Positions 30,724 through 40,943 of a stretch of DNA of 62,744 nt are shown one piece after another (the first letter of the stretch is position 1; each line of letters opens with the position of its first letter). The DNA is from Candidatus Coprenecus sp. GTDB taxonomy: Bacteria > Bacteroidota > Bacteroidia > Bacteroidales > UBA932. Both the position numbers and the translations under genes were made by a program. The stretch spans positions 1 through 62,744 of the forward strand of contig JAZRHK010000136.1 in assembly GCA_045644725.1 (NCBI GenBank), given 5' to 3'. The notes beneath the pieces were generated by a model that was not told the DNA's origin, did not search any database, and was given only the letters and a program-made list of their open reading frames with translations.

Positions 30724-32171
30724 ATATTAAACTGATATCGAGGTATCTGGGAGTGACACTGATCTTCAACGGGTCATTTATGCTCCTGTCGATGTTGATA
30801 TCTATCCTCAATGGGATGGATTCATCCTTCACACCTCTCCTTATCAGCGGTTTTATCACCCTCATTGTAGGTCTTTTCCCCCTTATTTTTGTAAGGAGGA
30901 CTGAAGAGATCAGCATATCAGAGGGTTTTACCATCACCATACTGGCCTGGTTCCTCTCCTGTATTTTCGGTATGCTCCCATATCTGATGTGGGGAGGGGA
31001 ATTTACATTGCCCAATGCGTTTTTCGAGTCAGTCTCGGGCTTTACCACCACAGGTGCGACCATACTTAATGATATAGAGGGGCTCCCTAAAGGTCTCATC
31101 TTCTGGAGATCATCTACACACTTTATCGGTGGTGCAGGTGTGGTGGTGTTCACTTTGCTGGTCCTCCCTACGATGAGTACTTTCAGGTTCAAGATGACCA
31201 AGATGGAGATCTCTTCACTCTCCAAGGAGAATTACCGTTTCAGGACCAAAGAGCTTATCAGAATAATCCTGTCAGTGTATCTCTGTATTACCCTTCTTGC
31301 TCATGCAGCTTTGTGCGTGGCAGGTATGCCGGCATTTGATGCTATAAACCATGCATTCAGTATAGTGGCGACAGGTGGATTCAGCACCAGAAATGCTTCG
31401 GTAATGGCATTTGAATCCTTTCCGATAGAGATGGTAGTCACATTCTTTACACTTATATCCGGACTACATTTCGGTCTCCTGTACTCCCTTTTTGTAAGCC
31501 GCTCTACCAAGATATTCAAGTCACCTGTGATAAGAATGTTTCTCTTGTCAATAGTGATATCCACACTTTCAGTATCATTTAATCTGCTCCATTCTGACTT
31601 GGCAGACAATTGGTTTGATGCGTTGAGAAAAGCTCTATTTCAAGTGGTGACGATTAGTACTACGACAGGTTTTGCCACTGCAGACACATCTGTCTGGCCT
31701 GCATTCTCCATACTCATATTGCTGTATCTCTCCATTCAGGGTGCCTGTTCCGGCTCTACCACAGGTGGATTGAAGGTGGACAGGGTACTTATATTGTTCA
31801 AGACGCTGAAAGCACAGCTTGTGAAATTGCAGCACCCCTCTTCTGTAGTGCATATCAAGGTGGGAGACAGAAGGATTGAGAATGATGTAGTTTTGGGTGT
31901 GGCACTTTTTGCGGCATTGTATCTCTTTGTGATATTTTTCGGGGCAATAGTTGTATCGGTATTCGGTCTTGATTTTACAGATGCGTTCACTTCATCGGTA
32001 TCAATGACGGCAAATATCGGTCCGGCATTCGGAAGCTGCGGGTCATTGGAAAATTACTCCCATTTCCCCGGCGCTGTGAGGTTTTTCTTCTCCCTCCAGA
32101 TGCTTTTCGGACGTCTTGAGATTTACCCCATCCTGGTAATGTTCTCCATCTTTAGAATAAGGAGGAGATAG
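30720..32171 (+). CDS. trkH: TrkH-family potassium uptake protein
   Basis: 483 aa polytopic protein with repeated selectivity-filter-like segments (SGFTTTGAT, ATGGFST, TTGFAT, TGGLKV). Confidence 0.9.
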   Translation: MNIKLISRYLGVTLIFNGSFMLLSMLISILNGMDSSFTPLLISGFITLIVGLFPLIFVRRTEEISISEGFTITILAWFLSCIFGMLPYLMWGGEFTLPNAFFESVSGFTTTGATILNDIEGLPKGLIFWRSSTHFIGGAGVVVFTLLVLPTMSTFRFKMTKMEISSLSKENYRFRTKELIRIILSVYLCITLLAHAALCVAGMPAFDAINHAFSIVATGGFSTRNASVMAFESFPIEMVVTFFTLISGLHFGLLYSLFVSRSTKIFKSPVIRMFLLSIVISTLSVSFNLLHSDLADNWFDALRKALFQVVTISTTTGFATADTSVWPAFSILILLYLSIQGACSGSTTGGLKVDRVLILFKTLKAQLVKLQHPSSVVHIKVGDRRIENDVVLGVALFAALYLFVIFFGAIVVSVFGLDFTDAFTSSVSMTANIGPAFGSCGSLENYSHFPGAVRFFFSLQMLFGRLEIYPILVMFSIFRIRRR

Positions 32172-32173
32172 GG

Positions 32174-33589
32174 ATGTCAGCTGCAGATTTCTTTTTGGAC
32201 CATATCAGGAGGAATTTTTCTTTTGAGCCTACAGCTTGTCAGGATAATCTTTTCAGGGAACTTTCAGAATTCACCATTCAGCGCGAAGAGTGCGATATAA
32301 TGGTGGTGAACGGTTATGCAGGTACAGGTAAGACTTCTGCAATAGGGGCTTATGTGAAAACCCTCAAGGAGTTCCAGATAAAGTTCAAACTTATGGCCCC
32401 GACCGGGCGTGCAGCCAAGGTGCTGGCGGGCTATACGGGTTTCAGTTCACTCACTATACACAAACAGATATACAGGCAGAAGTCCTCATCCGATGTGATG
32501 AGCAAATTTGCCCTTGACTTCAATAAGGCCAACGATACTGTATATATTGTCGATGAGGCTTCCCTGATATCCATTGATTCCCCAGGGTCCCTTTTTGGCT
32601 CCGGCAACCTCCTTATGGATCTTGTCCAATATGTCCGCAACGGAAGCGGCAACAAACTGATCCTGATAGGGGACAATGCCCAGTTGCCGCCTGTCATGGA
32701 GGAGGTGAGCCCGGCACTGGATAAAGGTTGCATGGAGATCTTCGGTAATGTGGACTATAGGGAACTCTTCACTGTAGTGCGTCAGGCGGAGGAGTCCGGA
32801 ATTTTACACAATGCTACCATTATCCGCAAGATTATAGAGAGTTACGACTACACCGACATATCACTCAAGCTTGACCTCAAAGGGTTCAAGGATATAGAGA
32901 GCATAGGCGGAGGGGATCTTATAGAGTCACTGGATGATGCTTTCGGACGCTATGGTACAGATGATACAGTAGTCCTGTGCCGCTCCAATAAAAGGGCAAA
33001 CCGCTACAATAACGGCATTCGTGCCCAAGTCCTGTCCAAAGAGGAACAGTTGTGTAGAGGTGATAAGGTGATGGTGGTGAAGAACTGTTACCAGTTTCTG
33101 GATGATATCGAGGATTTGGATTTTATTGCCAATGGTGATGTGGCGGAACTGATGAGGATACGCAATTATGAAGAGCGTTACGGACTCCATTTTGCAGATG
33201 CTATCCTCTCCTTTCCAGATTATCACGATATAGAGATATCTGCCAAAATTATTCTGGATACGCTGCAGTCTGAGAGTGCGTCACTGACCCAGGAGCAGCA
33301 GCAGGCCCTTTATGAAGGTGTTTATGCCGATTATGATCATCTGACTACCAAAAAGAAGAGGAATCAGGCTGTCCGGGAGGATAAATACTACAATGCTCTC
33401 CAGCTCAAATATGCTGCCGCCATCACCTGTCACAAATCGCAAGGTGGACAGTGGAGATGTGTTTTCATCGACAATCCATTCTGGAAGGATGAGCTTACAG
33501 CAGATGATCTCAAATGGCTCTATACAGCCCTCACTCGAGGTGTGGAGAAGGTGTATTTAGTCAATTTCCCCAAAAATTTGTTGGGTTAG
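32174..33589 (+). CDS. RecD/Dda-like SF1 DNA helicase (AAA_30 + UvrD_C_2 architecture)
   Basis: 471 aa. Walker A GYAGTGKTS, Walker B IVDEASLIS, GDNAQLPPV, and C-terminal ITCHKSQGGQW. Confidence 0.75.
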   Translation: MSAADFFLDHIRRNFSFEPTACQDNLFRELSEFTIQREECDIMVVNGYAGTGKTSAIGAYVKTLKEFQIKFKLMAPTGRAAKVLAGYTGFSSLTIHKQIYRQKSSSDVMSKFALDFNKANDTVYIVDEASLISIDSPGSLFGSGNLLMDLVQYVRNGSGNKLILIGDNAQLPPVMEEVSPALDKGCMEIFGNVDYRELFTVVRQAEESGILHNATIIRKIIESYDYTDISLKLDLKGFKDIESIGGGDLIESLDDAFGRYGTDDTVVLCRSNKRANRYNNGIRAQVLSKEEQLCRGDKVMVVKNCYQFLDDIEDLDFIANGDVAELMRIRNYEERYGLHFADAILSFPDYHDIEISAKIILDTLQSESASLTQEQQQALYEGVYADYDHLTTKKKRNQAVREDKYYNALQLKYAAAITCHKSQGGQWRCVFIDNPFWKDELTADDLKWLYTALTRGVEKVYLVNFPKNLLG

Positions 33590-33593
33590 CAAC

Positions 33594-34805
33594 TCATTGG
33601 ACCCTTTCGGTGCAGAACAGATACTTCTCTCCCCCTATGGCTGTAAATCCAAAGATATGGAGGCGGTCATCCTCCTTTACGCATAGCCTTTTGGCCAGCT
33701 CTTCTGATGTGAGGGGGAAGTTTTTGGCTGATACAGAGGCACGGGGGTATTTTTTCTTCCACTCCCCTAGGGTCCGTTTGTTAAATGGTGCACCTTCTAT
33801 GACCCGGAAGCATTTCCCGGGGAAGTCAGATTTGAGCCCCTCTGAAAAATAGAGGTGGGTGGCTGGGGATACTTTGCGGATCCCAAAACGTTGCGAAGCA
33901 AGTTTGAACGCACCCCCCTTGGATATAGATTTGTTTGGCTCATATAGGAAGCACCCCTGATGGATATACTTGTCAATAGAACTTGGCTCAATGTAATCAG
34001 CCTCTGCACCTGACTCTTCAGCCCCGGTAAATTCAAAGTGCTGGACACCATCTTTTGTGATGTTGACGGTTATAATGCGGGGCTCAATCACCTCTTCAGC
34101 TGTGATGCGAAGGAGGAGCTCCTTGCATTCGTGGTCCACTGAGATAATATGCACTTCGCTGACTCCAGACAACTCCCTTAGGACCTGTGAGATATCTGCC
34201 ATAGGGGATATTTTTGCCAGGATAACATCCGCTTTGGCCAGAAGGGGGGCTCTCCATTCGATAAGATTGGGTTCACAATCAGCCACTGAATAGACTCTGC
34301 CACCCGATTTGTCCCTGCGTGCCGGATCGATGAAAATTATATCGACTTTTGGGAAATCAGGTGATGAGATCTCATTTAGTGTAAGTTCTGCACTATGGCA
34401 ATGGATGTTCTCTCCCCCTAGAGTGGTAAAGTTTGCGGCTGCTGCCTCTGCAAGGTGTGGCTTCCTTTCGTAATAGTGAAGCACTGATGCTCTTCTGGAG
34501 AGGAAAAATGAATCAACCCCAAGCCCTCCGGTGAGATCTGCCACTGTAGCCCCTTCCGGGATAAGGCTCCCTTTGTATTCAGCAGATGCTTGGGAGCTGC
34601 ACTGTTCAAGTGCCAATGTGTCAGGATAGAGCAGGGAGGGCTCATTCCAAAATGCAGGTATCTTTGACTTTATCTTCCTCCTCGCTTCGATGCAGCGGGC
34701 AGCCAATGGGATATCCACATCGGGGAATTTTCCCGGTGAGAGGAGAAATCTGGTTACATCCTCACCGTCGTGTTCAATAATGAATTGTAATGTTTTACCC
34801 TCCAT
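33594..34805 (-). CDS. class I SAM-dependent methyltransferase with C-terminal THUMP-like domain
   Basis: 403 aa. SAM motif I VADLTGGLGVDS and post-I acidic residue. Overall layout resembles the conserved Bacteroidetes family. Confidence 0.55.
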   Translation of the reverse strand: MEGKTLQFIIEHDGEDVTRFLLSPGKFPDVDIPLAARCIEARRKIKSKIPAFWNEPSLLYPDTLALEQCSSQASAEYKGSLIPEGATVADLTGGLGVDSFFLSRRASVLHYYERKPHLAEAAAANFTTLGGENIHCHSAELTLNEISSPDFPKVDIIFIDPARRDKSGGRVYSVADCEPNLIEWRAPLLAKADVILAKISPMADISQVLRELSGVSEVHIISVDHECKELLLRITAEEVIEPRIITVNITKDGVQHFEFTGAEESGAEADYIEPSSIDKYIHQGCFLYEPNKSISKGGAFKLASQRFGIRKVSPATHLYFSEGLKSDFPGKCFRVIEGAPFNKRTLGEWKKKYPRASVSAKNFPLTSEELAKRLCVKEDDRLHIFGFTAIGGEKYLFCTERVQ

Positions 34806-34878
34806 AGGTGCAAAGTTATATTAAACCTTGATACTTCGGCTTAATTTTATTAAATTCGCGAAATATTCTGTTAAAACT

Positions 34879-36546
34879 ATGGAAAGAAATTATATCGATG
34901 TAGCCAAATCATGGCTTTCTGACAGCTACGATGTCGAAACAAGACAAAAAGTTAACATGATGTTGAATAGTGGCGATCCCAAAGAGCTTGAGGATGCATT
35001 CTACCGTACTCTTGAGTTCGGTACAGGTGGCCTCAGAGGTATCATGGGTGTGGGTACAAACCGTATGAACAAATACACCGTAGGTATGGCTACTCAAGGT
35101 CTTGCGAACTATCTCAAGATGCACTATGCAGATCTCGGGAAAATTCATGTTGCCATCTCTTACGACTCACGTAACAACAGCCGTGAATTTGCATTGATTA
35201 CAGCACAGGTTCTTGGTGCCAATGAGATCCACGTATACCTTTTTGACAATCTGAGACCACTTCCTGAACTCAGCTACACTATCAGAGAGCTTGGATGCCA
35301 GGCCGGTGTAATGATTACAGCTTCCCATAACCCTAAAGAGTACAACGGTTACAAGGTATTCTGGGCTGACGGTGCACAGGTTACCCCTCCACACGATGGC
35401 AATATCATCGCAGAGGTTAACAAAATCACTGACCCTTCACAAGTCAAATTCGGTGACGGAACACCATACAATATTACCTCTATCGGTGCAGAGATGGATG
35501 AGAAATACCTTAAGGCTATCCTCTCATTGACCCTTTCACCAGAGGCAATAGAGAAAAATGCAGATCTTAAGATTGTCTATACCCCTATCCACGGTACAGG
35601 TGTAAGACTTGTTCCTGAGGCACTTCGCAGAGTAGGTTTCAAAAATATCATCACTGTGGCAGATCAGGAGATCAGTGACGGAAACTTCCCTACAGTAATG
35701 TCACCTAACCCAGAGGAACCATCTGCACTTAAAATGGCCATTGATTTGGCTGAGAAAGAGGGTGCAAACCTTGTTATGGCTACCGACCCTGATGCAGACC
35801 GCGTAGGTATCGCTGTTAGGGATAATGAGGGTAAAATGGTACTTATGAACGGTAACCAGACCGCCTCTATCCTTACTTACTATATCCTCACCCGTTGGCA
35901 GGAGCTTGGCAAACTTTCTGAGAAAAACTATTTGGTTAAAACCATCGTGACTACTGAGCTTTTGGTGGAGATCGCCAAGAAATTCGGTGTGCAGATCTAC
36001 GACGTATTGACCGGTTTCAAATATATTGCCCAGATTATCCGCGAAAATGAGGGTGAAAAGGTATTTATCTGTGGTGGCGAAGAGAGCTACGGTTTCAATA
36101 TCGGTGAGTTTGTAAGGGATAAAGATGCAGTAAACTCTTGTAAGATGATCGCTGAGGCTGCTGCTTGGGCTGCTGACCAAGGCATGACACTTTATCAGCT
36201 TCTTCAGAAAATTTATGCTGAGTTCGGTATCTTTATCGAGAGACTTCTCTCAGTAACCCTTAAAGGTAAAGACGGTGCTGAGCAAATCGCGCAGCTTATG
36301 AAAGACTACCGCGCTACACCTCCTACAGTTATCGGTGATGAGAAGGTGGTCAAAGTTATTGACTACAACAAACCAGAGGAGACAGGTCTTCCAAAATCAA
36401 ATGTGCTCCGCTTCTTTGGTGAAGGTGGTTCAGTGGTTACAGTAAGACCTTCAGGTACAGAGCCTAAGATCAAGTACTACTTCGGAGCCAAAGGTGATAC
36501 AGCTGAGGCCAAGATCGAGTTGATGAAAGCTCAGTTCCAGAAATAG
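34879..36546 (+). CDS. phosphoglucomutase/phosphomannomutase family protein
   Basis: ORF 34828 starts on TTG; the first ATG is at 34879. Active-site TASHNPKEYNGYK and Mg loop DPDADR. Confidence 0.85.
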   Translation: MERNYIDVAKSWLSDSYDVETRQKVNMMLNSGDPKELEDAFYRTLEFGTGGLRGIMGVGTNRMNKYTVGMATQGLANYLKMHYADLGKIHVAISYDSRNNSREFALITAQVLGANEIHVYLFDNLRPLPELSYTIRELGCQAGVMITASHNPKEYNGYKVFWADGAQVTPPHDGNIIAEVNKITDPSQVKFGDGTPYNITSIGAEMDEKYLKAILSLTLSPEAIEKNADLKIVYTPIHGTGVRLVPEALRRVGFKNIITVADQEISDGNFPTVMSPNPEEPSALKMAIDLAEKEGANLVMATDPDADRVGIAVRDNEGKMVLMNGNQTASILTYYILTRWQELGKLSEKNYLVKTIVTTELLVEIAKKFGVQIYDVLTGFKYIAQIIRENEGEKVFICGGEESYGFNIGEFVRDKDAVNSCKMIAEAAAWAADQGMTLYQLLQKIYAEFGIFIERLLSVTLKGKDGAEQIAQLMKDYRATPPTVIGDEKVVKVIDYNKPEETGLPKSNVLRFFGEGGSVVTVRPSGTEPKIKYYFGAKGDTAEAKIELMKAQFQK

Positions 36547-36571
36547 TTTATAGCATAAACAGATAAGCAAA

Positions 36572-36604
36572 AGCCAGGTGGAGTTGATGCCATCTGGCTT
36601 TTTA
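36572..36604 (+). terminator. rho-independent terminator after pgm
   Basis: Stem AGCCAGGTGG / CCATCTGGCT (one G-U pair), followed by TTTTT. Confidence 0.65.
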
Positions 36605-36628
36605 AACAAATTTGAGTCATTAATTCTT

Positions 36629-37933
36629 ATGAGAATCAAGTCGTTTTGTACCCGTTTTGGAATATTTGTCCTATTGCTGATTCCCTATTTTGTTTCAGCT
36701 CAGAGTCGTGACAAAAGCGGTTATTACAAGGATATCTTTATGGATAGTGGAGTCAAACTCTACGACCGCAAACATCTTATTGCAGCAGATTCATTGGGGG
36801 CGGATCTGGAGGTTTTCCTTGCGACAAAAAATGACCGTAATGACACACTTATGCAGCACAGATGTTTTGCAGGGTGGGAGCAGGATAGAAATGGCGCCCT
36901 TTTGTATCCGGACGGATCTCCCCGCTTCAGACTCCTTTATGTCAATGGTGGCCTTGCCGGTTCGCACGGAAGATCACTCGGAGAGGAGGGGAGAGAGAGG
37001 ATAAGGGAGTTTGTCAGTGCCGGAGGTTCATACCTGGGGACTTGCGCTGGGGCATTTATGGCTTCAGCTGGTTACTATAATGATGACAATATCTACAGTA
37101 AGAATAACAATTATCTCGCCATATGGCCCGGCAGGGTGAGGGATACCTATCTTCAGGACAAGTATTTCACTATGTATATGGACCAGGAGTGTCCGTTGCT
37201 AAAGTACGATGATTTCGGTGGTGACCGTAAGGTGGAGGGGATATATCACCTCAATGGTCCCCATGCAGCCCTTCAGCCACAGGACTCTGTACCAGAGGGT
37301 ACTTTGCCTCTCCTTAGGGTGGATTACGATACGATTCCACCAATAGGTCCAAGTATAGACAATGCTGTCCTATGCTGGGCATACAAAGCCAATGAGAAGG
37401 CTGGAACTGTAATCCTGATGTCTTCGCATCCGGAAGATATTGCTACAGGTGAGAGGCTCCATCTGATGGAGTCGTTTCTCCAATATGGTATGGATGGCAA
37501 TGGTGTGCCATCTGTCAAAGGTGAACTTATCCCAGATAAGGAGAGAAAGATGGATAAAGATACTGAGGACAATGACCCTCTCTATACTAAAATTGGAGAC
37601 CGTCAATATCACCATTTTACAGTGGAAATACCAAAACGTACGCGTAAGGTGGTCATTACATTGGAAGGATATGACGGCTCGGATAATTTTGATCTCTCTC
37701 TGGCCGCACGTGAAGGTGATTTTGCATTCCACCATGCAGCTTTGGCGTCCAATATGGAGCCAGGATGCAAAAAGAGACTTCAGATCGAAAGACCTGCTCC
37801 CGGTAAATTATATATCTCTGTATTTTGTGAAACCACAGTCACATCCGGCTTTGGAGAAAACGGATTTGAATATTCAGGACGCACTGACGTTCTTAACGGA
37901 GTGCCGTATAGGATAAAGGTGGAGGTGCGTTAA
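36629..37933 (+). CDS. secreted protein: class I glutamine-amidotransferase-like (BPL_N-like) domain plus C-terminal pre-peptidase (PPC) type domain
   Basis: ORF 36578 starts on GTG; ATG at 36629 gives signal peptide MRIKSFCTRFGIFVLLLIPYFVSAQ. GGSYLGTCAGAFMAS nucleophile-elbow-like motif. The C-terminal about 90 aa is a beta-sandwich-like PPC pattern. Confidence 0.45.
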   Translation: MRIKSFCTRFGIFVLLLIPYFVSAQSRDKSGYYKDIFMDSGVKLYDRKHLIAADSLGADLEVFLATKNDRNDTLMQHRCFAGWEQDRNGALLYPDGSPRFRLLYVNGGLAGSHGRSLGEEGRERIREFVSAGGSYLGTCAGAFMASAGYYNDDNIYSKNNNYLAIWPGRVRDTYLQDKYFTMYMDQECPLLKYDDFGGDRKVEGIYHLNGPHAALQPQDSVPEGTLPLLRVDYDTIPPIGPSIDNAVLCWAYKANEKAGTVILMSSHPEDIATGERLHLMESFLQYGMDGNGVPSVKGELIPDKERKMDKDTEDNDPLYTKIGDRQYHHFTVEIPKRTRKVVITLEGYDGSDNFDLSLAAREGDFAFHHAALASNMEPGCKKRLQIERPAPGKLYISVFCETTVTSGFGENGFEYSGRTDVLNGVPYRIKVEVR

Positions 37934-38646
37934 TGCTTTGAAAACGGTAGCCTGATGGTGTTGTAGATTATATACATCAGGAATATGAAGGCGATGATGC
38001 CGCTCCAGTGGATGTGGGTGATGATGGCTGCCACTATGAAAGGTAGCAGTATCAATGCGAATGTATAAAGTGTTTTGTTCTCTGCCCAACGGAGGGATTT
38101 GAATTTAAGGGAGAACATTGGGATCTCGCTGATAAGGGCTAATGATAGGGCAATCGCTACGATAGGGAGTGTCCAGGAGTTGAGAAGTGCCATGTGTAGG
38201 GCTGGGGAGTGCTCTGATGCGAAGGCTATCAGTGACCCTACAAATAGTGCACAGGCAGGGGTAGGGAGGCCGATGAATGATGTGGTCTGACGTGTGTCAA
38301 GATTGAATTTGGCGAGGCGTAGTGCCGAAAATGGGGCGATGACAAGCACCAGATAGACAATCCACGAAGGATTGATGGATGCCTGTTGCAGATAATTGAA
38401 TAAAATAAGGGAAGGAGCCAGACCAAAGCTTACTGCATCGCAGAGCGAGTCAAGCTCCTTTCCTATATCTGAATATGCATGGAGGGTCCTCGCAGCGAGT
38501 CCATCCATAAAGTCAAACACAGATGCCAAAACCATAAGGATAAATGCAGTCATAAAGTCGCCTTGAAAAGCGAATATGATGGAACCTGTTCCGGAAATAA
38601 GGTTCATGCAGGTGATGGTATTGGGGATATGCTTGACTATTTTCAT
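37930..38646 (-). CDS. pssA: CDP-diacylglycerol--serine O-phosphatidyltransferase (CDP-alcohol phosphatidyltransferase family)
   Basis: ATG at 38646 (MKIVKHIPNTITCMNL...) avoids overlap with the upstream gene. DGxxAR...G...D...D motif present (DFMDGLAARTLHAYSDIGKELDSLCD). Confidence 0.8.
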   Translation of the reverse strand: MKIVKHIPNTITCMNLISGTGSIIFAFQGDFMTAFILMVLASVFDFMDGLAARTLHAYSDIGKELDSLCDAVSFGLAPSLILFNYLQQASINPSWIVYLVLVIAPFSALRLAKFNLDTRQTTSFIGLPTPACALFVGSLIAFASEHSPALHMALLNSWTLPIVAIALSLALISEIPMFSLKFKSLRWAENKTLYTFALILLPFIVAAIITHIHWSGIIAFIFLMYIIYNTIRLPFSKH

Positions 38647-38666
38647 ACTCTTTACACATTGGGCCT

Positions 38667-39788
38667 TTATAGGCCAAGTTTCTTTCTTATATCTTTGGGA
38701 ATGCTGTTTTTGTGTACCAGGATACACATGGTTTTCCCTTTTACATAATTTTCAGACATCATGTGGTGCCCAGTTTTGGTGTATTCGTGACCCCATGAGT
38801 TTTTGGTGTTGTAGTATTTGACACCATTCTGGTCTTTGTAGAGTCCGGTGATATGCTCAAGGTGGTCGTCCACTGAGATAAATGTCTCATAGAACATCTG
38901 ACGCATTTCCTGTGTTACCTCCATCTCTGGGATTATCTCTTTTGACTCCTGGATCTGTTTTCTGGTAAGTTTGGTATCCTGTGGAAGGATGCTCAAATCT
39001 CTTGCCAGTACATAACCGGGTTCGCTGATATCTCCTGACCAAGCTACGGTATATCCGTTTAGAAGTGCGTGGTCGATAATCTCTATCATCTCTTCCAATG
39101 GGACATTGTACATGGTGCCATTGTCCCAGTTGTCAGGGAGTTCGAGCAGTACCTTCTCATAAAATGGGAGATGGGTGAAACTGGTGATATCTACATAGTC
39201 AGAGAAATCGAGGCCGAGATACTCCTTGAATGAAAGGGGAGTGTACTCTTTGCCATTGTATTCGAATGTCTCTGGAAGTTTGCCGAGATAGATATCAAAA
39301 AGCGCCTCCTGTAGTTCAATCGACTCAGGTGTCAGAACACCACGTTCTGTGGTTACTGAAGCCAATGCAGCCACATATGCGCTAAGTTCGCTATGGTCGT
39401 GTTTGGGAGAATCGTAGTTGATACCATCATAGGCTGACTGAGGTACAAGTCCATATTTGTCCATCATATTTATGGCCATGTGACCCAAACTGCCCTCTAC
39501 AATGCTCCCGTTCCCTTCTCTAAGGTAATTGTCAAAGATGCGGTGGCGGTAGTTGTGGCGGACAGTGAACATCTCGGAGAGGTCAAATTCGCCTTTGCCT
39601 GTCCTTAGGAGTTCGGACTCTATAAATGATGTGGTGCCGAAACACCAGCAGGTGCCAGTCTCTGCCTGGTCTTTGATAGGGGTGGAGGGATTCTCCACTA
39701 CCTTGGTAAATTTATAAACATTCTCTTGAGCCGAGAGGCTGCAAGAGAATGCTATAACTATACCCAAAAGAATACTTTTGATTTTCAT
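38667..39788 (-). CDS. secreted C1-family cysteine peptidase (aminopeptidase C / bleomycin-hydrolase-like), paralog 1
   Basis: 373 aa with a signal peptide. Catalytic Cys context QAETGTCWCFGTTSF, and His context DHLEHITG. Confidence 0.75.
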   Translation of the reverse strand: MKIKSILLGIVIAFSCSLSAQENVYKFTKVVENPSTPIKDQAETGTCWCFGTTSFIESELLRTGKGEFDLSEMFTVRHNYRHRIFDNYLREGNGSIVEGSLGHMAINMMDKYGLVPQSAYDGINYDSPKHDHSELSAYVAALASVTTERGVLTPESIELQEALFDIYLGKLPETFEYNGKEYTPLSFKEYLGLDFSDYVDITSFTHLPFYEKVLLELPDNWDNGTMYNVPLEEMIEIIDHALLNGYTVAWSGDISEPGYVLARDLSILPQDTKLTRKQIQESKEIIPEMEVTQEMRQMFYETFISVDDHLEHITGLYKDQNGVKYYNTKNSWGHEYTKTGHHMMSENYVKGKTMCILVHKNSIPKDIRKKLGL

Positions 39789-39800
39789 CTTGTTGTAAGA

Positions 39801-40922
39801 TTATAGACCAAGTTTCTTTCTGATGTCTTTAGGAATACCGTTTTTGTTTACAAGGATGCTGATGGTTTTTCCTTTTACGAAGTTTTCAGACATATAGTGG
39901 TAACCTGAGCCGTTGCGCTCTGTACCCCAAGAGTTTTTGGTGTTGTAGTATTTTACACCATTCTGGTCTTTATAGATACCGGTGATGTGCTCAAGGTGGT
40001 CATCCACTGTAAGGAATGTCTCGAAGAAATTCTGACGGATCTCCTGAGTCACTTCGATTTCAGGGATAATCTCTGTAGATTCAAGGATCTGTTTTCTGGT
40101 AAGTTTGGTGTCCTGAGGAACAATACAAAGTTCTCTCTCAAATACATAAGCTGCTTCGCTGCAGTCACCATCCCATACCAATGTGTAACCATTGGTGAGA
40201 GAGTGGTCGATAACGGCCATAAACTCATCAAGAGGGAGGTTGTACATAGTGCCGTGGTCCCAATTGTCAGGAACCTCTACTTGTACTTTCTCGTAGAATG
40301 GGTGGTGAGTAAAGCTTGTAATCTCTACATAATCTGAGAAATCAAGACCAAGATACTCTTTGAATGAAAGAGGGGTGTACTCTTTGCCATTGTACTCGAA
40401 AGTCTCAGGAAGCTTGCCAAGGTAGATGTCGAAAAGGGCCTCCTGAAGCTCTTTTGATTCAGGGGTAATCACTTTTCTCTCTGTGGTAACACTTGCCAAG
40501 GCTTTAACATACATGCTGAGCTCATTGTGGTTGTGTGTCTCAGAGTCGTAGTTGATGCCATCGTAAGCATATTCGGGTACAAGACCATGCTGGTTCATCA
40601 TATTGATGGCCATATGTGCCAAACTACCTGGGGTGATGTTTCCACGGCCCCTTCTGATGTAATTGTCATAGATACGTTTGTTGTAGTTATGACGAACTGT
40701 AAACATTTCAGATAGGTCAATCTCACCTTTACCGGTTCTGATAAGCTCAGACTCAATAAATGAAGTGGTACCATAGCACCAGCAAGTACCAGTGCTTGCC
40801 TGATTTTTGACAGGGGTAGCAGGGTTCTCCACTACTTTGGTGAATTTGTAAACGGTCTCCTGAGCGAAAAGTGAGCAGGTGGCCATCAACATTGCACCGA
40901 CAAGGATATTTTTAAGTTTCAT
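39801..40922 (-). CDS. secreted C1-family cysteine peptidase (PepC-like), paralog 2
   Basis: 373 aa, collinear with paralog 1. QASTGTCWCYGTTSF. Identical C-terminal IPKDIRKKLGL. Confidence 0.75.
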   Translation of the reverse strand: MKLKNILVGAMLMATCSLFAQETVYKFTKVVENPATPVKNQASTGTCWCYGTTSFIESELIRTGKGEIDLSEMFTVRHNYNKRIYDNYIRRGRGNITPGSLAHMAINMMNQHGLVPEYAYDGINYDSETHNHNELSMYVKALASVTTERKVITPESKELQEALFDIYLGKLPETFEYNGKEYTPLSFKEYLGLDFSDYVEITSFTHHPFYEKVQVEVPDNWDHGTMYNLPLDEFMAVIDHSLTNGYTLVWDGDCSEAAYVFERELCIVPQDTKLTRKQILESTEIIPEIEVTQEIRQNFFETFLTVDDHLEHITGIYKDQNGVKYYNTKNSWGTERNGSGYHYMSENFVKGKTISILVNKNGIPKDIRKKLGL

Positions 40923-40943
40923 ACTTGATAATGTTAATAAGTA

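Noticed and set aside
38667-40922. Recent gene conversion between C1 peptidase paralogs 1 and 2, suggested by long identical amino-acid runs.
   Set aside because: The corresponding DNA (for example 39181-39330 against 40311-40460) differs at many synonymous positions. The identity is therefore maintained by selection on the protein rather than by recent conversion.
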